The notes under the pieces: generated by a model | Told to the model about the DNA's origin: nothing | What the model saw: the letters and a program-made list of their open reading frames with translations, nothing else | Database searches by the model: none | Program-made: the position numbers and the translations under genes | Part shown: piece after piece, positions 29,802-39,451 of the stretch | Layout of the letters: each line of letters starts with the position of its first letter | Numbering within the stretch: the first letter of the stretch is position 1 | Source of the DNA: Arenicellales bacterium | Lineage (GTDB): Bacteria; Pseudomonadota; Gammaproteobacteria; Arenicellales; JAJDZL01 | Length of the DNA: 64,000 nt | Reading direction: 5' to 3' | Assembly (NCBI GenBank): GCA_965200645.1 | Contig: CBDAUN010000003.1 | Span: 1,152,968-1,216,967, forward strand

Positions 29802-32420
29802 GTGAATACCTCCAAGAAGAGTACTGTCAGTGCCGAAGAACTCGTCGCCCAAGTAGATACCGGTTCTCGCCATCCTCCCGGATGGCGAGGCAAGATGATT
29901 TTGACCGTTGCCTTTACATGGGCACTGTTTCAAATCTACATCTCATCCAACATCCCATTTTTTCTAACAGACGTCACCGGACTTCCGCTGATTGTTACCA
30001 GTGCTAATGCCCGCCTGATACATTTGTCATTTGCGTTCTTCCTTGCAACAATGACATTCCCCTTGTTTAAGTCTAGTTCGCAAAACAACATTCCGTGGTA
30101 TGACTGGATTCTGGCGATCCTGGGCGTTGCTGCTTGTCTTTACATCGTAGTTTTACGTAACGAAATCGCAGTTCGTGCGGGTCTACCAACAACAGGCGAC
30201 CTAATCGCTTCAACTATTGGAATGGTGGTTCTCGCAATCACAGTGTTTAGAACTTTAGGGCTTCCACTACTGATAGTAGCTAGTGTTTTCGTGACATATG
30301 TGTTCTTTGGCGATGCCCAATGGCTCCCCGACACTGTACAGTGGAAAGGAGCATCGTACGGCAAAGCGATGTGGCATTACTGGATGCAAAACGAAGGTGT
30401 ATTTGGTGTGGCACTTGGGGTATCGGCATCATTGATTTTCCTGTTTGTTCTATTCGGTTCTATTTTGGAAAAGGCCGGAGCCGGAAACTTCTTTATTAAG
30501 TTCGCGTTTTCTTTGCTTGGCCATTTACGTGGTGGCCCGGCAAAAGCTGCAGTGTTGGCATCAGCAATGAGCGGACTGTATTCGGGATCTTCAATCGCCA
30601 ATACAGTGACTACCGGAACATTCACAATTCCGCTCATGAAACGCACCGGATTGCCCGCAGAAAAGGCGGGAGCCGTTGAAGTTGCCTCCTCCACCAACGG
30701 CCAACTGACGCCTCCGGTAATGGGCGCGGCAGCGTTCTTGATAGCTGAATTTACTGGCATCAGTTATACCGAAATCATTAAGCACGCACTCGTTCCAGCG
30801 TTGGTTTCTTATATCGCACTGGTCTACATTGTTCACTTGGAAGCAATGAAACTTGACCTCAGAGGGTTACCGAAACCTCCTTCGACTCTAACGCTGATGA
30901 CGAAAATCATCGGGTTTCTCGGTGGTTTTATCGGCATCGCACTACTAGGACTTGCCGTTTACTTCGGTATGGGGTGGATAAAGGTAGCGTTTCCCAATTC
31001 CGCATTTTTGATTGTCGTAGTGTTGTGCTTGATTGCATATTTGTTCCTAGTTTGGCTAGCCTCAAGACTGGATGACCTACAGTTGGATGAACCAGATGCG
31101 CCAATTACCGAGTTACCCCCACCAGGTGCAACTACCATCAAGGGACTGTATTACGTTCTGCCCATCGTCATTCTAATTTGGTGCATCGTGATTGAAAGAC
31201 TGTCGCCAGCTTATTCCGCATTTTGGTCGATGATTGCAATGACAGTCGTCACCTTTACCCAGCACTCAATAAAAAGTTTGTTTCGAAAGTCGGGCAACTT
31301 GACTGAAGGGTTCAAACGCGGGGTCAGCGAATGGAAGGAAGGCATGATTGCAGGATCTTCCAACATGGTAGCGATAGCGGTTGCTACAGGAGCCGCCGGA
31401 ATCATCGTCGGTACCATTTCACTAACTGGCGCACATCAGATTGTAGGGGAATTCGTCGAGTTTCTGTCTGGCGGAAGTTTGATCGTTATGTTGTTGCTTG
31501 TTGCAGTCATGAGTTTGATTCTCGGTATGGGGCTGCCCACCACGGCAAATTACATTGTGGTGTCCTCACTTATGGCGCCCGTGATTCTGCTGCTTGGAGC
31601 TCAGCATGGCTTGATTGTGCCTGTTATCGCGGTTCATTTGTTTGTGTTTTATTTTGGTATTTTGGCGGACGATACCCCTCCCGTTGGACTGGCAGCCTTT
31701 GCTGCTGCCGCAATTTCCAAAGGTGACCCAATTAAGACTGGTATACAGGGCTTCGCTTACGACATCCGTACGGCACTTTTGCCATTCTTGTTCATTTTCA
31801 ACACTGATTTACTGTTAATTGATGTATCACCAGTGCAGGCAATCTTTGTATTCATTGTTGCTGTGATTGCGATGATGCTGTTTGCATCTGCAACCCAAGG
31901 ATGGCTACTCACCAGAAACAAGCTGTGGGAATCCGCCTTACTTCTACTGGTAGCGTTTACTCTATTTCGGCCAGGGTATTGGCTCGATAATATTCATCCA
32001 CCGCATGTTGAAATTCAGTCGGACAAAATTTACGAAGTGGTTGATGACGTTCCCCCGAATGGAATGCTAACCGTTGTAGTAAGCGGTCCGGACTATGATA
32101 CCGGCGAAATTACACACACAACTTTACTCGTCCCGCTAGGTGATGTATCCGAAGCGTCTGAGCGACTGAGTAACGCTGGATTAGTAGTAGTGAAGGAAGA
32201 TGGACTAGTTCGGATAGAAGAGCCATTTCCTGGTACCACACTATTTCAAAAAATCGGAGATATGTTTGACTACTACAGTGATGCACCGGTGCACTTGAAT
32301 CACATTAAGGAACCGGCAGATCGAATTGCAAAGGAAATTTTCTATTTTCCAGCAGTGGTAATTCTTGGATTTGTCCTGTTTAATCAGCACCGCAGAAGAA
32401 AAAAGGAACTAGCTGTCTAA
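29802..32420 (+). CDS. TRAP transporter fused 4TM/12TM permease (TAXI-associated) with a C-terminal extra domain
   Basis: 872-aa polytopic protein in the DctQ-like plus DctM-like fusion typical of TAXI systems. A soluble ~130-aa segment sits before the last TM, which I recall as DUF3394-like. GTG start. Confidence 0.85.
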   Translation: MNTSKKSTVSAEELVAQVDTGSRHPPGWRGKMILTVAFTWALFQIYISSNIPFFLTDVTGLPLIVTSANARLIHLSFAFFLATMTFPLFKSSSQNNIPWYDWILAILGVAACLYIVVLRNEIAVRAGLPTTGDLIASTIGMVVLAITVFRTLGLPLLIVASVFVTYVFFGDAQWLPDTVQWKGASYGKAMWHYWMQNEGVFGVALGVSASLIFLFVLFGSILEKAGAGNFFIKFAFSLLGHLRGGPAKAAVLASAMSGLYSGSSIANTVTTGTFTIPLMKRTGLPAEKAGAVEVASSTNGQLTPPVMGAAAFLIAEFTGISYTEIIKHALVPALVSYIALVYIVHLEAMKLDLRGLPKPPSTLTLMTKIIGFLGGFIGIALLGLAVYFGMGWIKVAFPNSAFLIVVVLCLIAYLFLVWLASRLDDLQLDEPDAPITELPPPGATTIKGLYYVLPIVILIWCIVIERLSPAYSAFWSMIAMTVVTFTQHSIKSLFRKSGNLTEGFKRGVSEWKEGMIAGSSNMVAIAVATGAAGIIVGTISLTGAHQIVGEFVEFLSGGSLIVMLLLVAVMSLILGMGLPTTANYIVVSSLMAPVILLLGAQHGLIVPVIAVHLFVFYFGILADDTPPVGLAAFAAAAISKGDPIKTGIQGFAYDIRTALLPFLFIFNTDLLLIDVSPVQAIFVFIVAVIAMMLFASATQGWLLTRNKLWESALLLLVAFTLFRPGYWLDNIHPPHVEIQSDKIYEVVDDVPPNGMLTVVVSGPDYDTGEITHTTLLVPLGDVSEASERLSNAGLVVVKEDGLVRIEEPFPGTTLFQKIGDMFDYYSDAPVHLNHIKEPADRIAKEIFYFPAVVILGFVLFNQHRRRKKELAV

Positions 32421-32472
32421 ACCTCCTCTTTGGCTTTAACTCCAACCCCACTATAAGCACGCAAGGATTGCG

Positions 32473-33522
32473 GTGAGTTTGAATAACTATCTTTCGCGTT
32501 TGGGCAGACTCAGAGACTTTCCCCGCGTCATCATGTTTCGCGAACCAACGTCTATAGAGCAGCTTTCGCGTTTAGGAGATCACTATGAACATCCACTACT
32601 CTATGTAAAACGCGATGACTGCAATGGGATAGCATTTGGTGGCAATAAAGTTCGACAATTGGAATATTACCTTGGGAATGCTGTCGAAAACGGCTCCGAT
32701 ACAGTTCTAATCACAGGTGCAGTTCAGTCCAATTTTGCTCGATTGACTGCCGCATTTGCAGCAAAGTTGAATCTAGAATGCCACATTCAGCTTGAATCAC
32801 GTGTGCCAAGTCCTAGCGAGACTTACACCGTTTCCGGAAATGTACTGCTGGAAAAAATACTTGGAGCAAAACTGCATTATTACGATCATGGCGAAGATGA
32901 ATTCGGAGCCGATCAAGCAATTCGAGCGATTGCAAAAAAGCTGGAAAACGCTGGACGCAAACCCTACATAATTCCTCTTGCACCTGGCCACGCCCCATAC
33001 GGAGCTTTAGGTTACGTATACGCTGCCGCAGAATTGCTTCACCAAATTGATGAACAAGAACTTCCAATTAGTGAAGTCATCATACCTTCTGGAAGTGGAA
33101 ATTCGCATGCAGGAATAATATTTGGATTGCGTGCCTTAGGTTCTAACATTCAAGTCACTGGAGCATGTGTCAGGCGTAAAAGTTCACTGCAGTTTGAGCG
33201 CATTCATTCTCGTTGCTTGGAAGTTGCCAAACTGTTGGAAATGGATTCGCCAGTTTCAGCACAGGACATTGTGCTGTCAGACGAACATTTAGCTCCTGGA
33301 TATGGACAAGCATCCAATGCCGTTTGGAAAGCTATCAGCGTTGCCGCTAGAACCGATGCGCTTTTGGTAGACCCCACCTACACTGGCAAAGCCATGGCGA
33401 CATTTCTTGACCGAATTGATCAAGTGTCTAAGAGATCTGGATTGATGTTTATCCATACTGGCGGAACTCCGGGTTTGTTTGCATACGCAGATGAACTGAC
33501 AGCATACTTGGACCAAATCTAA
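32473..33522 (+). CDS. PLP-dependent enzyme of the ACC deaminase/D-cysteine desulfhydrase family
   Basis: KRDDCNGIAFGGNKVRQLEYYLG contains the PLP-lysine motif of this family. It also has the glycine-rich PSGSGNSHAG and a C-terminal HTGGTPG. Confidence 0.75.
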   Translation: MSLNNYLSRLGRLRDFPRVIMFREPTSIEQLSRLGDHYEHPLLYVKRDDCNGIAFGGNKVRQLEYYLGNAVENGSDTVLITGAVQSNFARLTAAFAAKLNLECHIQLESRVPSPSETYTVSGNVLLEKILGAKLHYYDHGEDEFGADQAIRAIAKKLENAGRKPYIIPLAPGHAPYGALGYVYAAAELLHQIDEQELPISEVIIPSGSGNSHAGIIFGLRALGSNIQVTGACVRRKSSLQFERIHSRCLEVAKLLEMDSPVSAQDIVLSDEHLAPGYGQASNAVWKAISVAARTDALLVDPTYTGKAMATFLDRIDQVSKRSGLMFIHTGGTPGLFAYADELTAYLDQI

Positions 33523-33532
33523 ATTTGCAGAA

Positions 33533-34039
33533 CTAGCGTCGAAAGATTATTCGAATTCCGATTAGTTCCAGCACCAAAATGGCACCACCGATGGAAATGG
33601 CGGAGTCTGCGACATTAAATGTATAAAAATGCCAGTTGGCATAATGAAAATCAATAAAGTCAACAACATGACCGTGAACGACACGGTCAATCAAATTACC
33701 TACCGCACCACCAAAAATCAAACAAATGGCAAGTGATGTTTGATTATGTCCCGGCCGCATAGACCAAAACATCCAAGCTAGAACAACCAGAATTACCACG
33801 GAAGCAAACATAAACACCAAGTTGGGTTGCAAGTTGGGTTCGTTCAGAAATCCAAAAGCGGCACCTTTGTTGAATACGAGTGCAATGTTTAGATACTCCG
33901 TCACTTTCACCACGCTGAATGGAGCAACCGCATTCAACACAATAATTTTAGTGCCCTGGTCTAGCAGAACCAGGGATGCAGCTATAACGAGGTAGTTACG
34001 TGTAAGCGAATGCTTGGGGGGCTCATTTTCCGACATCAA
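33533..34039 (-). CDS. lspA: Lipoprotein signal peptidase (signal peptidase II)
   Basis: Four TM segments, with NKGAAFGF and FNVADSAISIG carrying the catalytic Asp residues. It lies downstream of ileS as in the canonical operon. Confidence 0.9.
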   Translation of the reverse strand: MMSENEPPKHSLTRNYLVIAASLVLLDQGTKIIVLNAVAPFSVVKVTEYLNIALVFNKGAAFGFLNEPNLQPNLVFMFASVVILVVLAWMFWSMRPGHNQTSLAICLIFGGAVGNLIDRVVHGHVVDFIDFHYANWHFYTFNVADSAISIGGAILVLELIGIRIIFRR

Positions 34040-34088
34040 TACCGTCCCTAATTCGTAGATGATATTGAGTTAGTCGTTTAATGTAATC

Positions 34089-36905
34089 TTACGCGAACAG
34101 TCGATTTTCACCGCTGCCAGCAACATTCTCCACACACCTTGAACAGATTTTAGGGTAGTTTGGATTTGTATCCACGTCAGGAGTCTGATGCCAACATCGA
34201 GCACACTTTTCATTTGTCGACTTTTCGACTTGGAGCGAAACATCCGCCAATTCAGTTTTGACTGCACTATCAGAACAAGTCGTTAGTTGCTTGATTGCGC
34301 AACTAGATGTAATCGTTAAGAACTTGAGTTCATCACCAAGACTGTCCAAATCCTTAAAATAACACTCATCTGCATAGATTGTGACATTTGCATCCAAAGA
34401 GGAACCAATATCACCTTTATCACGCAACGATTCCAACTCACGAATAACCGTGTTTCGAACCTTGATAATCCGATTCCAAAACTCGTGGTCGACTGCAATT
34501 CCTTCCGGCCAACCGTCGTACCACGTAGAGATTAATGCAGATTCACTGCTCTCACCTGGCACATGCTTCCACAATTCTTCTGCCGTGAAGCTCAGAATTG
34601 GCACAATCCAGCGTACAAAGGCTTTCAGAATGTGATACAGCGCAGTTTGCGCTGACTTTCGTCCACGACTATTGCGTGGCATGGTATACAAACGGTCCTT
34701 GATAATATCCAGATAAAAGCCGCCCAATTCAACAATACAAAATTGATGAACTTTCTGGCAAATCAAATGAAATTTATATTCTTCATAGGAACGAATAATT
34801 TCATCGTTTAGAGATTTGGTAACTGAAACCACCCATTGGTCTAAAGCCAATAGATCATCCCACTCCAAGCATTCAGACGGATCAAACCCATCTAAATTTC
34901 CAACCATAAAGCGGGCAGTATTTCGAATTCGCCTGTAGGAGTCTGCAGTTCGCTTAAGAATTTCATCCGAAATTCCCATTTCAGCATCGTATTCAGTCGA
35001 ACATACCCACAAACGCAGTACATCCGCACCCAAAGTGTCAATCACCTTTTGCGGTTCAATTACATTACCGAGCGACTTGGACATTTTCTTCCCTTCACCG
35101 TCGACAGTGAATCCGTGCGTTAGCACAGAGTTGTAGGGAGCCTGTCCGGTTATTGCAACACTAACAAGTAGACTTGATTGAAACCAGCCTCTGTGCTGGT
35201 CTGATCCTTCAAGATACATCCCAGCCGGATTTGTTAGCTCACCCCGATTATTGAGCACACTGAAATGTGTCGCACCAGAGTCAAACCAAACATCCAATAC
35301 ATCGTCTACCTTTTGATAGGCTTCAGAGTTTTCTTGTATCAAGTCCGAGACACTCAAATCAAACCACGCGTCTATCCCGCCCTTTTCGACATGCTGAGCA
35401 ACGACTTCCATAATATCCAGTGTATCCGGATGCAGTTCACCAGTCTCCTTATGGGTAAGCAGCGTAATCGGCGTTCCCCAGACTCTTTGTCGTGATAAAC
35501 ACCAATCGGGACGATTTAACACCATGCCGCTGATACGTGCCTCTCCCCAAGTTGGTACCCATTGCACATTCTTGATCGCTTCCAGTGCCTGGTCTCGGAG
35601 TTTAGTCCGGTCCATACTGATAAACCACTGAGGAGTCGCTCGATAAAGAATGGGTGATTTATGCCGCCAACAGTGAGCATAACTGTGTTTGATGGATTCG
35701 GTACAAAGCAAAACTTCACGGTCTTGCAGTAACGAAATTATGATGTCAACGGCCTTATCAACAAATATGCCACCGACATCTGGAGTGTCGGGCAGAAATA
35801 CACCGTTGGGTCCGACTGGATTTACAATTTCAAGATCGTTTTCCTTACCCAACGCAAAGTCTTCGTGACCATGTCCAGGAGCAATGTGAACCAACCCAGT
35901 ACCGGATTCCAGTGTGACATGATTACTGACAATAACCGGCACTTCCAGGTCGGCACCAAACATTGGATGATTTACTTTCAGTCCTTGAAGCTGTTTACCT
36001 GAAACTGTGCCGACTACTTTGAAGGTGTCAATTGCAAACCGTTCTACACAGGATTCCACTAATTCACTTGCCAGTACTACGTACTCACTACCGTTCTTTG
36101 ATTCCCATTGCACCAGCGAGTAATCGATAAGTTCATTGACTGCTACAGCACGATTTGCTGGTAGTGTCCACGGAGTTGTAGTCCAAATTGCTAAACTAAT
36201 GGGATATTCATCAGTAGATGACGCACCAAAGGCTGAAAATACAGACTCTCGGTCAGTTGCCCTGAGTCTCACATCTACAGTCTTCGACACCTTGTCCATG
36301 TACTCGATTTCGGCTTCAGCGAGTGCTGAACCACAATCCGCACACCAGTAAACTGTCATCAAATCATTCTTCAGATGTCCTTTACTAATGATTTTTGCAA
36401 GAGCCCGTACCGTGTTAGCTTCGGTCATATAGTTCATTGTGAGATACGGATTGAACCAGTCGCCGATCACACCCATTCGTCTGAATCCAATACGCTGTCT
36501 TTCGATTTGTTCCGTAGCAAATGCTCTACAGGCCTGACGAAATGCCTTCGGGTCATCACGGTAGGTCGAACGACCAAACTTTTTTTCTACTTCGTGCTCG
36601 ATGGGCAATCCATGACAGTCCCATCCCGGTACATATGGAGAATCATAACCATTCAATGTCTTGGATTTAACTATGACATCCTTAAGAATCTTGTTTACTG
36701 CATGTCCAATGTGTAGTGCACCGTTAGCATATGGCGGGCCGTCATGAAGCACGAACTTTTTGCGTCCTTCACCTGCTTTACGTAACTTGCTGTTAATGTC
36801 TATCTGATCCCAAAAATCAAGTATCCCTGGTTCCCGCTGAGCCAGATTCGCACGCATGGGAAATTCTGTTCTTGGAAGATTGATTGTGTCTTTATAGTTA
36901 GTCAT
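34089..36905 (-). CDS. ileS: Isoleucyl-tRNA synthetase
   Basis: 938 aa with the HIGH motif ([15 protein letters not shown]), the KMSKS motif ([10 protein letters not shown]), a CP1 editing domain and a C-terminal zinc cluster (CARCWH...CSRC). Confidence 0.97.
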   Translation of the reverse strand: MTNYKDTINLPRTEFPMRANLAQREPGILDFWDQIDINSKLRKAGEGRKKFVLHDGPPYANGALHIGHAVNKILKDVIVKSKTLNGYDSPYVPGWDCHGLPIEHEVEKKFGRSTYRDDPKAFRQACRAFATEQIERQRIGFRRMGVIGDWFNPYLTMNYMTEANTVRALAKIISKGHLKNDLMTVYWCADCGSALAEAEIEYMDKVSKTVDVRLRATDRESVFSAFGASSTDEYPISLAIWTTTPWTLPANRAVAVNELIDYSLVQWESKNGSEYVVLASELVESCVERFAIDTFKVVGTVSGKQLQGLKVNHPMFGADLEVPVIVSNHVTLESGTGLVHIAPGHGHEDFALGKENDLEIVNPVGPNGVFLPDTPDVGGIFVDKAVDIIISLLQDREVLLCTESIKHSYAHCWRHKSPILYRATPQWFISMDRTKLRDQALEAIKNVQWVPTWGEARISGMVLNRPDWCLSRQRVWGTPITLLTHKETGELHPDTLDIMEVVAQHVEKGGIDAWFDLSVSDLIQENSEAYQKVDDVLDVWFDSGATHFSVLNNRGELTNPAGMYLEGSDQHRGWFQSSLLVSVAITGQAPYNSVLTHGFTVDGEGKKMSKSLGNVIEPQKVIDTLGADVLRLWVCSTEYDAEMGISDEILKRTADSYRRIRNTARFMVGNLDGFDPSECLEWDDLLALDQWVVSVTKSLNDEIIRSYEEYKFHLICQKVHQFCIVELGGFYLDIIKDRLYTMPRNSRGRKSAQTALYHILKAFVRWIVPILSFTAEELWKHVPGESSESALISTWYDGWPEGIAVDHEFWNRIIKVRNTVIRELESLRDKGDIGSSLDANVTIYADECYFKDLDSLGDELKFLTITSSCAIKQLTTCSDSAVKTELADVSLQVEKSTNEKCARCWHQTPDVDTNPNYPKICSRCVENVAGSGENRLFA

Positions 36906-37930
36906 CTTTTGACGAAAGAATTGAATTTTTATTTATAGAATCTATTTTCCTGAACACTGGTGATTTTGTGGGATCAGAAAAGAAGTTTGAAAGCGCCGGA
37001 AATAATCAGTACGACTACAACGTAAGTTGCTATTTTACTTAAATTTCTAGAAAGTTTTTTGACGCAGTAGAAGGCTTTCGAGAAACACTTCGGACTGATA
37101 CGACAGGTTCAACTCCTTCTCCAAGAAACCAAAAAATCGGCTGTTAGTGGGCAAACATTAGCATTGGCTGGGTTTGTCATATTCGCTGTACCCTCTTAGT
37201 GTTTGATCCTACTTAAGCAGTCGCAGGGAGTGATAAGAGTTCTTTATGTATGGATCACACAGAGTGTGAGTAATAGCCACAATAAATTGCTGGATTTGAT
37301 TGAGAGAGAGACAAATCCGAGTACTTTTGGGCAGTGACCAACAACTCGGCACCGCTAAATAATGCCACCAAGTGTGGATACCTTTAAATTGTTTTGCTCT
37401 TAACCAACAGTGGCAACACCGAAGTCAGAGTTTCAGGCGAGGGAACTCCGTTTCACTTGAGAGCATAATACAGTACGACTCTCAAATCAGAGACCCATAT
37501 CATAGTCGCCATCGAAGTCTCATTTTCTTACTCCGCTAGTCCCGGCGCCACTAATTTAAGTGATCAATCGACATTACACTATGTACCCGCAACGCATTAC
37601 CATTTGTAACAAAGAATAAGGACACCTTTTCAGGTAGGCGGCGACCCGAGCAAAGGAAATTTAAAGGACTAATATCACTTCAACTATTTGTCCAGGGAGA
37701 ATTGTAAAACTTTGAAGAGGTTGTTTGGGTGTTAGTAACCACGGGAGTATGTGTACCTGAACCGAAATTGTTTTTCCTGGCAAAATCGACAAGTGAGAGA
37801 TGCCCGAAAACCGTATCAGAAAAGGTGAAAACCGCTCTACAGCAGAGTGTTGGCCCTTTCTTCTTGTGCTTATTACAAAAATCTTGGTCTGATTGCGACC
37901 TTGCCTCGGAAGTTGTGATAAGCAGCACCT

Positions 37931-38944
37931 TTAGGAACTGGATTCGTCCGACTCCTGTCGCAACGCAGTAATCTCATCTTGAGAAAGATCGCTATACTCT
38001 GCAATAGTAGAAGTACTAAGTCCCCCATGAATCATTTTCATTACAATTTCCTGCTTGCTCTTCAGCACTTCCTTCTTAAGTTCCTTCTTAAGTTCCTTCT
38101 TAAGTTCCCTTTTAAGTTCACGATCAAAATGTTGTTGGGCCAATGACGCTCCCATTTTTTCCACCTCACTCATTGTCATGTCGGGTTGCTTGTTTAATCG
38201 ATCTAATTCACGAGTATACAATCTCGCCACTGTATTGTGAATCAGCTCACTGACCGCTTGCTGCAGCGCCTCCGGCCAGTTGACCTTGGCTCGGTCAAGC
38301 AGATAACCTCGTTTCCGGTAATCTTCAGCACTGCTGGACTGTACCATGTGGGCAATACATGCCATCACATTGGTGCTGATATCCCCTTCAAACGCCCACT
38401 TGTGCATATCAAGCAACCAAAAGCGCTGCTGTGGCTGAAGCGTCTCAAGCAATCCGTCGCACGAGACCTGTAACTTGCGAAAGTCGGTCCAGGCATAGTC
38501 CTTTTCAATGAACTTGCCACTGTAAATGACGATCGGCAACACTAACGGCAACTCTAGCTTGCCTTGATCTAACTGCGCTTTATGCTGACTGACCCATTTA
38601 CGATACATCTCATTGACACAATCGTACATCCGGATGCACAACAGTCTCGGTAAAGTGGTTTGAAACTCCACCAACACAAACATCAGTATCTTACGTCCCC
38701 CAAGCATCCCTTCACCGCTCCATACGGCATCCACTTGACGGCGCTCCAGACCTTCGGTAATGAACTCATCTCGGTGCTGTCGCAGTGAAGCTGCATCAAA
38801 CTGTGCGTAATCAGCACCTAAACACCCTTCAATTAAATCCTTTACCGCCCGCATATTTTCAAAGACCATTTTGTATGAGGCATCGTGTAAGTCCGTTTTT
38901 TTCTTTTTCTTGTGGTGTTGCTTCACCGGTGATTCTTTCGCCAT
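37931..38944 (-). CDS. Rpn-family (YhgA-like, PD-(D/E)XK) recombination-promoting nuclease/putative transposase
   Basis: The N-terminal HDASYKMVF resembles the HDxxFK start of Rpn proteins. It also has a D...(V)EFQ nuclease core (VDAVWSG...VLVEFQTT), LPLVLPIVIYSG, and a C-terminal HTH-like GLSTSTIAEYSDLSQDEITAL. Confidence 0.75.
   Translation of the reverse strand: MAKESPVKQHHKKKKKTDLHDASYKMVFENMRAVKDLIEGCLGADYAQFDAASLRQHRDEFITEGLERRQVDAVWSGEGMLGGRKILMFVLVEFQTTLPRLLCIRMYDCVNEMYRKWVSQHKAQLDQGKLELPLVLPIVIYSGKFIEKDYAWTDFRKLQVSCDGLLETLQPQQRFWLLDMHKWAFEGDISTNVMACIAHMVQSSSAEDYRKRGYLLDRAKVNWPEALQQAVSELIHNTVARLYTRELDRLNKQPDMTMSEVEKMGASLAQQHFDRELKRELKKELKKELKKEVLKSKQEIVMKMIHGGLSTSTIAEYSDLSQDEITALRQESDESSS
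38069..38116. repeat. 12-bp tandem repeat x4 inside the rpn-like gene, encoding (KELK)n
   Basis: ttccttcttaag occurs three times perfectly (38069-38104), followed by ttcccttttaag (38105-38116). On the coding strand this gives ELKRELKKELKKELKKE. Confidence 0.9.
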
Positions 38945-39451
38945 AGGGCAGTCTCCTTAAACAATGGTCGTGGTGCTGGATTGCCGATAAACGGAAATAC
39001 AACAAATTGTCGTAGTAGTGATAGGAACTGGCTTGGAATTTCAATCTTCAATGATTGAAATCCTCGCCATTCTCGAGTATGCAACGTAACTGAGCAAACC
39101 GTTGTTTGCCAGTGCCGGACTGACTAAAAAGTCATAAGCGTTGCGATAGCAAAAGCATATCACAACAAAGTCTCGACATAATGACTTTCAACCTCATAGG
39201 TCGAAGATGGCACACCTGGTTAACTATCTAAGCCACAATCTGGACTTTAAAGAATTTTATGAATTAAATCTGGCAAAACCTGCGCAATAAACAAGATGAG
39301 TGTAATTACCACATCATTCAGCGGGTTTACTTTGAGTATCGAACTGAATTTCAGTCTGAACGGAAGTGTGAAACAACAAACAGTACAACTGCAGCAAGTT
39401 CACTACGTGATTGGTTGGGCAGGTCTTGAATATCAACCCCAAATTTCCCGG

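Noticed and set aside
37106-37116. A T-loop-like GGTTCAACTCC followed by ...CCAAGAAACCA, which suggested a tRNA or tmRNA 3' fragment (a possible integration-site remnant) in the ribF-ileS insert.
   Set aside because: The flanking bases do not form a 5-bp T-stem; only 3 pairs are possible. I could not build an acceptor stem, and there is no tmRNA tag-reading frame or matching 5' half nearby.
37007-37480. Direct repeats of CAGTACGACT at 37007 and 37471, plus CAGTACAACT at 39381, inside the insert.
   Set aside because: A back-of-envelope expectation for exact 10-mers and 9/10 matches within 2.5 kb is one or more by chance. The flanking bases are not conserved.
36960-39419. An imperfect 13-nt direct repeat (GTGATTTTGTGGG at 36960-36972 versus GTGATTGGTTGGG at 39407-39419) as a possible target-site duplication bounding the rpn insert.
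   Set aside because: Only 10/13 positions are identical, and the match was found after scanning two ~100-bp windows. This is too weak without comparative data, so I record it only as a lead.
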